A stretch of 64,000 nt of DNA. Origin: Lingula anatina. Taxonomy: Eukaryota; Animalia; Brachiopoda. The position numbers and the translations under genes are program-made. The DNA lies in the NCBI GenBank assembly GCA_051362555.1, contig CM120648.1:12086587-12150586 (forward strand), given 5' to 3'. The stretch's first letter is position 1. The number at the start of each line of letters is the position of its first letter. The notes beneath the pieces are model-generated. The model ran no database searches, was not told the origin of the DNA, and saw nothing but the letters and a program-made list of their open reading frames with translations. Of the stretch, positions 12,518-22,737 are shown piece by piece.

Positions 12518-13708
12518 ACCCTCAGTTTCGTTACGCCAGACGTCAGAAGGAAAGCTCTACAAGGGACACAGAAACTCCTGCGCAGTGGGATGACTGGAAG
12601 TGCAGTATGCGAGGGCCAAGATACCCTACTAGATTTCTGACGTTCTTATCCTCTTTATCCTCAGATTATCTTGTTGCATAATGACCTCACGGTTGGCACG
12701 ATGGCACATTTCGCCAAATTTTCTTTCTGAAGAGGCCCTGTCTGAATGGTGGTTTACATATGCCAAGACGTCTATACCACTTTTCATTTCTGGACGTTTT
12801 CATTTTGGAAACTTAGGGCCTAAAAACGTTATCTTTGTGTGGACTATACCTTCATTTGTATCAAAACCTGCCAAATAATTCACAAATGCATTTCTTTTTA
12901 TTACAAACCCTATGTATACTTTATTTCATGTACTTAAAGAGTAAAAGGTGATAAATTAATGCCAAGAAATGGACAGTTACTGAATGCATTAAATTGATGC
13001 GCATGGCGGAAAACTTTGTGGATTATATATAACATATGCGTCGCGAGCATCAATAATAATGTTTGGTATTCCATTATGATAGGCTGTTTTTGAAATCAAT
13101 TATATACCAAATTAAGTAAAACTTATTCAGGTTTCTCACACGTCTCTTCCAAATTCGGAGTTCTCTGTTAGTCCATAAATGTCAAAGGAATGTCGAACAT
13201 TTGTTTGCTTCTCTTCAAAGGCGCAACTTTTCAAGAGCTGTTTCCCCTAATCTCACTAGAGAGAAGGTAAGAAAACATGGATTTAATCAAATTAAAGGGG
13301 TTAAATTTAGGGGCGGATTTAGGCCGTCTTCTGAGTCTTCCGGAAGACGGTCAGATTTTCAAGTTTACATTGACGGTATCTATTTTTTTCTGTTGGAAGA
13401 CGGTCAAAATTGGAGGATGAATCAACAAAGATAATTTGGAAGACTGTCAGTAAATATCTCAGGATTCGCTCCTGGTTAAATACTCCCAAGATTTACCATT
13501 TTCTACATGCTAGTATTAAAACCAATGGCTCGGCAAAACTGAAGTGTGTGTTTCAACGATTCCAGAACTGCAGGAACCCGCCAGAAGGCACATAGCCCTT
13601 GTCTAAAATATTTAGTTTCATAGTTCTCCAACTTCAAACCCAGTGTATTATGTCGAGATTAACCCGAATCTGTACAAACGATGAGGAGTAGGGTGAAGAA
13701 CCAATCTC

Positions 13709-15388
13709 TCAGAGGAAAATAGGGGAGCCATAATCTGATATCGGCACCGACTGCTTAGGCTGACTTTTGTGAAAAAGAGGCGTGTTTTGGTTGTCACCCG
13801 TCTTGGCTTGTCGCCACCTGAAATAATGAAAAGACTTGAATGCAATCAAGTAGGATTAAATTGTGCTATGGGCTCAAAGATGCAATATTAGGTCTTTCAA
13901 AATAGCAACAGAGGGTTGGAAGGGGGCGGAGCCGACTGCATTTAGGCTTTAATTAATAAAATAATTAATAAAGTAATTGTTAAAAGAATTACAGATTTAA
14001 TACTCACTTCCGCACTATATATACACCAAAAAGTATCACCACAGCCACAAGCAGGATACTAGCAATGGTGAATCCGGCCACAGAAAAGAAATGCGTCAGA
14101 TGTGGCAATAGTGGCGCTACAGCACTGTCACTTTGAGCTCTGTCGTCAGAGCCGCTCCTGCCAGCGCTGCCGTCATGGACCTCGGGTGTGGTAGTGGTAG
14201 TAGAAGGCTCCATGGTCAGTGCCATTTCTGTGACGTTTGACCCACCGTGGTAGATACCCCCACTGGTGTCTAGGGAACCCTCACCAACTTAAAAAAATAT
14301 AATAAAATAAAGTAATTATTTTTGGAAAAATAAGTCATTATCAGGCCTTATCAACGGATTAGGCGTTTACTAACGCTACCCGCCAAATCTTCTTTAGCAC
14401 TAACGTCCATATTAACCACAAAACCCACGAATAATTCAACACGCCGCACAATCATTTAGCACCAACAAAGCCACACCTATTAGTAACATTCATCCACTCT
14501 GGTAATGCTGGTTAATTTGTGGGTTTGATGGTTAATATAGATGTTAGTGCTAAAAGACCTGCGGGTAGTGGTAATAAACGCCTAATCCGTTTTTAAGGCC
14601 TGATTATATGATGTCACGAATAACACCTCTCATTAAGTTCAAAGCATGGTACACGTGAAGCTTCTACTGGTGCAGAATGATGGGTGTCCGGCGGAGGGGG
14701 TTGGACGGGATTATTTTACACATCAACGATAAAGTATTGCCTAGTGTTACCTACAGATCAATTCCTTCTCAAGCTTATGGAGACGGTGGCATTGCTTTAT
14801 GGAGTCTTTTAAAGATATATTAATCATTTAATTTAAACAAGTTTTCCTTTTGCCTTTATCTAAAACAAAGATAAGATACATGTGGTCGTTATCCATTTTG
14901 TCGACTTACTAGTCCAAAATTATATACCAATCAATCAATCATATCCATTGCAGTAGACCGTCCACATCATTAATTAGCAACAACATAAATGCATTCCCAG
15001 ACCCTGCGATCCTGCATGACGAGGGCATGCTCATTTGTGTTCTGCAAGCCAGTGTCCTCAAGAAGAAGCTGGACGTAAAGGCAGTCACTCGCGGAATATT
15101 TTATAAGGCAATATATCATACATATTAATCAGAGTGCCTACCATATTCACAGATATAGCTGTGACTCCCCCAATACGTATCAGTGCAGGGAAAGTCGTTC
15201 CACTGCCAAGACTTGTCGTATCTCATATAGGCACACTCCTCGGGGTCGTAATAGGAATTCCAAAACATTGAGGGTTCGTCTTGCGCCCAGTTCTCGTACG
15301 AGACCTTGGTGTCTGAAAGGGTTGTGACGTACTAGGTAATACATGACGTCACAATAAGCAGTATATCTGAGTTCGGTATCTGAATCTC

Positions 15389-15465
<77 letters not shown>

Positions 15466-16741
15466 AATGTGTGGAGACGGTGTGATTTTTTAATAATCAC
15501 CGTGTTGATTTTCGTGCTTAACAAATTAAGTCTAATTGGCCTCTACGTAGATCAAAAAATAAAAATATGTAAATATTATTATTTGTCACCATTATTATTA
15601 GTAGGCACTGTCATCTTTAATGCCACTTATCAAAGAAAAATGTTTATTCAGTACAGCCCAAGACGAAGGGGTATACACCAAAGTTTATTATTATTTTTTA
15701 TTATTATTTGGCCAAACAAAACCCCAATAAGACTTAATTTGCTAGCACGGCATGATAGGACGATAAGTTGCGAGAGTTCTACTCACTCGACTTGTGCCAA
15801 AACCAGGCCCCACCGGTGGAATCCGCATTAGTGGCCCTCTTGGCTCCTATCCAGATCCCGAGCTCCTGGTTCTGCCTGTACGCGATCAGGTTGACGTCCA
15901 CAAAGTCCTGAACTTCTGCTGACGGTATTTCCAGCAGTCGACCTAATGTAAGAGATTTTAAAACCGCTTTACACGTAGTTATTGTGATGAATGTGACAAT
16001 TGTGTCAGATGTGACAATTGTGTTAGATGTAGCAATTGTTTTAGATGTGACAATTGTGTTAGATGAACAAAAAAGGGAACAATGTAACAGTGTCTAAAAT
16101 GTTTTCTCCTGATGAATTACGATAATTCTTTGTTACCGTAGTCTGTATGGAAACCTCTCGAAAAGTGGGTTGCATGATTAACAATAGATGGCGTTAGTTT
16201 TGACATTCTTAATTGTTTACCACTGTGATAGGTGAGACTATTAACGCATTTCATCTCACCCCCTTTAGCCTCGCAGCCAGCCACGGCATTGTACCAGTTG
16301 GTTTCCTTGTCCACAAATTCATAACAAAAGCCCCCGATCACCGTACCGACTGTCTCAGTGGCTCCGGCTGGACATTCGCTGGACACTAAATTCCATTGTC
16401 CTAAAAGTTAATTAACATGTAAAAATGGCTAAACTGGCAACATATCTAAAACGAAGATATTAAATGATATTTTAATTATTCAATAAATTCAGTAAATTAT
16501 TCAATGATATTAAAGCCATTGCAGATCAGGAGGGAAGTTTAGCAGGGGGAAGGGGATATATAGCGATACTTTAGCTAACTGCACCCCCCCCCCCCCCGGG
16601 CCCAAGCTGCCATGACAGTGCATTTATTTCTCCTTATTCTAGTTAGACAAGCTGCAGTGAATCTATATGCCCTTTTTAATACTTACACTCACCTGATATA
16701 ACAACGCACAACAACGCAACGGCAGGATGCACTGAAAGCAT
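13709..16741 (-). CDS. Type-I transmembrane C-type lectin (CTL-A), short Ser/Thr stalk, ~301 aa
   Basis: Exons (-) 16741-16693, 16400-16260, 15942-15787, 15312-15142, 14287-14008 and 13817-13709 total 906 nt, in frame. Signal peptide MLSVHPAVALLCVVISG; CTLD FCYEF..NWYNAVAGCEAKGGRLLEI..IWIGA..YENWAQDEPS..EECAYM..WQWNDFPC..YICEY; TM GFTIASILLVAVVILFGVYIV; tail ends ISDYGSPIFL*. Confidence 0.88.
14341..14603. mobile_element. MITE with ~33-bp TIRs and TTA TSD (PIF/Harbinger-like)
   Basis: TCAGGCCTTATCAACGGATTAGGCGTTTA ... TAAACGCCTAATCCGTTTTTAAGGCCTGA, with extended internal inverted similarity. TTA on both flanks (14338-14340, 14604-14606). Confidence 0.8.
15389..15465. repeat. Compound (TTA)n(CTA)n microsatellite in a CTL-A intron
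   Basis: Directly visible trinucleotide runs. Confidence 0.95.
15991..16065. repeat. 18-bp minisatellite ATGTGACAATTGTGTTAG, ~4 copies
   Basis: Visible tandem units; a related 17-bp array lies at 48075-48140. Confidence 0.85.
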
Positions 16742-17372
16742 GTCGAATATACTTTTTCTACCAAGGCTCTCTGCTAACGGCAATGATGTAGAAAAACGTC
16801 GTTAAGATGAATCGGTTCTGTAATAGAGCCCTCTTCTGTATGGCAAAATGTATGTAGGATCCCACGTCCAAATAAGTCATTCAAAATTCGCGGTTAAGAT
16901 AGAAATCCATGCATAAAATTATCTGGGCACTCTTTTGCTTCTTCACTTTTCTGCTAGTCTAATTATTTCTAAAACTAAAACACTAAAACTAAATGCCCGA
17001 CGTTTCAGTCGTGTTCCAGGTAATCTAAATAATTGTACGTCGCAATAAAACCGTGTTCAGAGTATTTGACAACTATTTGTTGAGGACGGTCCATTGGTAA
17101 AGAGAGGGGTGCAGCTTCCACTACTTTGTGTAACATTTGGCCGTCAAGTTTTGAATTCGTTTCTTTCAAACCAAACAGGTTATCGGGTCGGGTATGCCAC
17201 AATCTGTACAGATCCTTGTAAAGCAGTCACATAACCAAATAAATGCATTTGTGAGCTTGGTTAAAAAAATAAATGAAATAAGCAATTATTAGTCGCCATT
17301 TCGTTCTACCAGGTCACCTGACTACTGTGACACCTGACACACCACAGAAGGCAGCTCTAGCTCGGTATCAAT
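16742..17372. promoter_or_regulatory. Divergent promoter/5'UTR region shared by the two C-type lectin genes
   Basis: The start codons of CTL-A (16741, -) and CTL-B (17373, +) are ~630 bp apart and point outward. No TSS mapped. Confidence 0.6.
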
Positions 17373-20300
17373 ATGGCCGTGGTTTCAACCTTGTTTGTGA
17401 TTAGTTTTGCTGTGATTCAAGGTATGCATTTTACTTTTAAAAATCGTGTTACGTCTTTTGCCGATATGATGTTTGGTATCATGTTCCAAAATCAACTGAA
17501 TTTGTTTCTCAAGTAGGACACTAATGCCGAAGATGATCGTTGCATTTTCGCAAGGGGGCGGTTTCTACTCATGACCAGCGTGGTAACGAACATTTCTCTA
17601 ATTGTCCTGCTTTATTGATGCAATTATCAAGGGAAAAGTACATAAATGCTTTATCTCTATTTTTTAACGAACTGGGCGATAGACTAGTGCAAACATATCT
17701 AAGACCCAGATATTGAGGTGTTCTGTTGCTTGTCATAAGAGACACATCTATGATTTTAGAAAGAAACATAATAAGGGTAGCCCATAATTAAAAGTACAGT
17801 TAGTTGGTCATCCCAATATTTTATAACTGCTGTCATCATTTTCATCACATTAAGTGTTATGAATATTTTGAATCCGAAACCAGGGGTAATCCTAGAGAGG
17901 GGTAAGAAACGTCCATTGTTCTCGTCAGTGAGGCTAACCAAATTCAGGGTATGTACGCACAGACAGAAAACCATGTATTGTGGGAACGTTACTAATGAAG
18001 CCACTGGTAGTACTAGTAGATATCAGTCTGTAGTCTAGAACAAGCACCTCGTCGACGAGTGAACAGTTGTCAAAAACAAAAGACTCAGGTGTGATAGATC
18101 GACTACTGTTCGCGCGTGCCGCAAAGACCAAGCCCAATTGCCCCTCAAGGTCACAAACTAATATCCGGTGCTGACGGCTAGGCTCGTCATAATCATATAA
18201 GTAGCGCGTTTCCACCCCCTGCCGAAACCTGTTGGAAGCAAAGGTAACTTAACATTTTAAGATAAAGCTTATTTGTAATGCTTGATTCATTTCAGCGCAA
18301 ATCAAGGCAAGTCAAGCAATGCCAAATAAATATTAAGTGTTGCAGAGGTAAAAGACGTGTATAAAACCATAGTCCTTGCTTGTAATTATCAATATTACTC
18401 CTTCAACACAGTGGCAGCAGAGACCTGCTTGCAGGTCACTGAAGACAATGGCGCACGATATCTTCGCTGCTTCGCCACTTTTGACGCCAAGGTCACGTGG
18501 GTGACGGCCAACGCCACGTGCTCTCGCTTTGGTTGGTCCCTCGTGCAGGTTGATACCCAACAAGTGCAAGTTCATGTCCAGAGATTGCTAGGTTATTTAT
18601 TTATTTATTTATTTATGTATTTATTTATTTGTCACACAGATTCATGGAGTAAATAAATATGATAGTATTCAATGATAGTTTTCAATGCAGTTTCATAAAA
18701 TAAAGTCCATTTAGTTTTAAATGGCTGATATCTAACTTACCACAATAGAATATGCTGCTGTATGCTATCAAGACGTAATCAAGGAGATTACGTGCCTTTT
18801 GAAGACATTTTCTAAACTTTGCTTTTGACATTTTTTTTAGGAAATCGTGGTTTTGAAGCAACTTGGCTTGGCGCCTATAGCGAAAGTTACCAACTTCATG
18901 GTGGGGAATCTCTCTGGAAGTGGCTAAGTGGTTCGTATGTTAAATTTATATTGTCAAAAAGAGGAATTTCAATTGTTCCACATTTAAAACTAAAGGAATG
19001 TTAAATAAAGTGCTCCGATGGAATTAATCTGTAAAGCCTGTTGATAATTTATATGGTTAAACGTTTCACTTTCAACACTGAAAATTTAAGCTATGCCTAA
19101 AAAATGCTTAGGTAAAGATTTAATGTTAGTGTAGAGAGTGAAAGGTTCAATCTAATAATGGTATATATAAATAACTAACAGAGTAACAACATTCGCTAAT
19201 TTTTAGTGTAATAACTTACAACTAAAATGATGTGTATTTTATCTGATATGAACGTGATTTGTGTTTCAGGTACGCCCGTGGAAGACACGTATAATGACTG
19301 GGCGGAGGGCGAACCCTCAGCGTGGTGGCCTTACTACCTGGGGGACAGAGAATGTGGTTTTATGCAGGCCAAGCAGGGGTGGCGCTGGGGAGCGTCCCCT
19401 TGTGATTCCGAGGAGAACGCGGCCTTTCCGTATATTTGTGAATTTGGTAAGTTTATTTTGTAAATTATTGGGAATGTGGAAATGTATGTGTGAGAACGAT
19501 ATTTGTTTCTTGAGTTTTAAACTGCATAATAATTTTCAAATCAGAGGTGGAATGGAGGGAGGCCGGGGGGTGTTATGATATGCAGAGAACGAGGCGATGC
19601 GCAAAGATGGTAATCTGGAGCACGTGGAGAAATATTATTTATTTTTAAATACCTCTCCGTGATTGCAATTGGTATTTTGTTTGCATTGAGGTCAGTTGTA
19701 AAACCAAACAGTAATGATAATAATGACAATATTCTTCATTTATAACCTCAGTCAAGCATGTCGAGAATTCTGCACCTTTGAAGACCCATTGTCCCGCATC
19801 AACAAAAGATTGTTCTTTTTTTCACATGTTGCATTTTACAGTAGATTCTCTGAGAGTATCCCACTTGTCAACAGAGATCTATCTGATAGTTAACTGAATG
19901 TTGCTCTTTAAGGTATCGAACTATCAAATGGTACGGAGACTTCTGTCGTTCCTGCGCCCGTTTCTTCAACGAACAATCCCAAAACGACAGCAGTGGCCGA
20001 CATTGGGACAACTACGGCACCAACCAGTGTAACATCTACCATTGCGCTACCAGTCACAGCCTCCACGATAAAGCCAACTACATCGGCAGCAACGTCAACA
20101 TCATCAGTGACAACAGTGCCAGCTACAACAACTACAACTACTATCCAAAATACAACAAATGGACACAATAACAGTAGTGCAGGACCCAAAACATCCACAT
20201 CACCATTTGGTACCAGTACGACGACGCCTAGCCAGAATTTTCTGAATATAACCGTAACAGCTAACACAACGACAGGCATAAGTACAACCGCTGCACCTTT

Positions 20301-22737
20301 TGTCAACTTGACTTCACGAGTTACTGAGACGTCAGCACATGTTCCCATGACAACGGTCCCCGTTGCCGTGACAACAGCCACTGATGGTAACGTAACTGCT
20401 AGTCCTAATATAAATACAACACCTGTTGGTACAACTTCCACAAAAACGCCCTCAACTGGTGCCATCTCAACAACAATTGGTACCATGACAACGGCTTTAC
20501 ACGTGCCAATTACAACAACTGGAAAAAATATGACAACAGCAGGGACAAATATAACAACACCAAGTACTAGAGCTGCGTTACAAAGTTCCACAATGCCCAG
20601 TATCAATGTTACAACGACAGTAACAACAGTCTTTACCAACACCACAGCATCTGGCACAAGTATTACCCCACCAACGGCAACAACAGCATCTGGTACAAGT
20701 ATTACCTTACCAACAACAACAGCATCTGGTAAAAGTATTACCTTAACAACAACAACAACAGCATCTGGTACAAATATGACCTCACCAACGGCAACAACAA
20801 CATCTGGTACAAGTATTACCTTACCAACAACAACAGCATCCGGTACAAATATTACCTCACCAATGGCAACAACAGCATCGAGTACAAGCATTACCTCACC
20901 AACGGCAACAACAGTATCTGGTGCAAATATTACCTCACCAACGGCAACAACAGCATCTGGTACAAGCATTACCTCACCAACGGCAACAACAGTATCTGGT
21001 ACAAATATTACCTCACCCACGGCAACAACAGCATCTGGTACAAGTATTACCTTACCAACGGCAACAACAATGACTTCAAATCATACATTACCCGCCAACC
21101 TCACCGCTGTCCCCACGAAAACAAATGGCACAACAGCAGCGCCATCCACCACAACGCCTTTTAGTTACAATAGTAAAACACCCATCATCAATAATTCAAC
21201 ACCACTTACCACTGTCTTTGTAACAAATGTAACATCAGCGGCACCAATAACTACAGTATCTCTGCAAAATGTAACGAACACCTCAGCGACAGTGACGGCG
21301 ACAGTAAATACATCAAATAGTGAAACTTCAACAAATTCTTTCTCTACCGGAAGTAACGAGCCGCTTGCTATAACGAGCACTTTGGAAACGCCTTCCACAG
21401 GTATAATATAGTTCATTCATTTCAAATTTGATCTAAATTTTATAGTTCATTTTAAAACATTTTGATAAATATTATTAATAATGGGAATTGAGCAGAATAT
21501 GACTAACAAAAACATCACCATATAATGCCTTTTTGAAATGTGGTATCGTTTTAGAAATTTGCCAATTCAGTTGGTTTTTTTATACATTCGGTTTCAAGAT
21601 GATTGTCGGTTTATGTCAACATTCTCCATTCATTCAATATCTATATCGATGCAGAATATGGACATTTTCCCTATGTAATTATATGCCTTTTTTATTATTT
21701 TAATAATTATAATAATTTTCAAATTTGAACATGGACAAAATTATAAAATTACGTCATCACGTAATTTTGTCCACGATTTTACAAACTGGCAAATAAAAAA
21801 ACGTGTTTGTTTTAATTGCAGGCGGCAGTACGGCAGCGCCATCTAGTGGCGGGAACTCTGGGACACCTGGTGGCGTCACAGAGCAGACAGCAGTTGTGGC
21901 CTCTGTCGTTGGTGTAATCGTGGTGATTGTTCTGATAGCAGTGGCACTGTTTATCAGAAAGCGAAGGTGATAAAACGTGATAATTTGTTCCTCTTATTAG
22001 GGTGCTTTCCCATAGATTTAGATCGATCCAGAGATTAAGATTTAGATCGACCTAACTCCCTGGGGGTTCCCGCTAAATTGCAGTCAGCCGAGCGGGCACC
22101 ATAGTTAATTACCCCCTTACAGCTTTTAGTAGGCGGGACAGACGCTTAAGCCGGCCAAGCTGACAGTAATCTAGTGAGACACCCCACAGGGATAGATCGA
22201 TCTAAAAATCTATGGAAATGGGGTGTTAAGTTATTGTTGCTTGAATATGTATTTTGGAATATTGAAACGCAAACTGTATAGTATTAAATTTTGAACTTCA
22301 TACGACATCTGCAGCATGACGGACAAAAAATTTTTTAAACTTTCGTTCGTCTAAGTCTAAAAGGGCTGTTCAAACTTTTGAATTTTAAACAATAAACCCA
22401 AGACATTTTATGTTTACGCATATTGTATAATTTTTCATGAGTATTGCTAATAATACATGTAAGAAGGTAATTTTAGTTGGCAATCTTTAATTTGAGTGCG
22501 AAATTGGTAAGTTTAGAACATGTTTTAAATTCTTTAGATTTTTGAGAGAACGTTGAGCGCAGTTTTGAAAATCCATTAATTTTATTATTATTTATTATTA
22601 TTATTCACAGGAAGAATAGAAGTTATACTCACCTTACTGAGGTCTGTTCTATGGAGATCGTGGCGACACCTCCCGGGGGTGTGACAAGATACGGGAGCGC
22701 GGGAACCGTGGACCAAAGGCAAACTCTGGCATGCTAA
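17373..22737 (+). CDS. Type-I transmembrane C-type lectin (CTL-B) with a long Thr/Ser-rich mucin stalk, ~751 aa
   Basis: Exons 17373-17421, 18412-18591, 18841-18930, 19270-19446, 19913-21400, 21822-21966 and 22611-22737 total 2256 nt, in frame. Signal peptide MAVVSTLFVISFAVIQVAA; CTLD RCF..VTWVTANATC..SLVQV..TWLGA..YNDWAEGEPS..RECGFM..WRWGASPC..YICEF; 1488-nt mucin exon; TM VVASVVGVIVVIVLIAVALFI followed by RKRRK; tail contains SYTHL. Confidence 0.88.
17881..18221. mobile_element. Non-autonomous DNA transposon (hAT- or P-like) in CTL-B intron 1
   Basis: Termini CAGGGGT...ACCCCCTG flanked by the direct repeat CCGAAAC (17874-17880, 18222-18228). The repeat is 8 bp (CCGAAACC) if the shared C is counted. 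Confidence 0.6.
20636..21070 (+). repeat. Coding VNTR, ~36-42-bp unit (consensus TTASGTSITSPTA), ~11 copies
   Basis: Repeated ACAACAGCATCTGGTACAAGTATTACCTCACCAACGGCA units within the mucin exon. Confidence 0.9.
22000..22225 (+). mobile_element. PIF/Harbinger (Tourist-like) MITE family H1, copy 1
   Basis: GGGTGCTTTCCCATAGATTTAGATCGATC ... GATCGATCTAAAAATCTATGGAAATGGGGTG; TTA TSD at 21997-21999 and 22226-22228; five homologous copies elsewhere in the window. Confidence 0.85.

Noticed and set aside
15180-15524. 114-aa ORF with poly-S and poly-N
   Set aside because: Translation of a microsatellite plus the wrong frame of CTL-A exon 4.
19908-21020. 370-aa Val-rich ORF on the minus strand (also 21165-21416)
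   Set aside because: Antisense shadow of the ACA/GCA-rich mucin exon of CTL-B; no independent gene signals.
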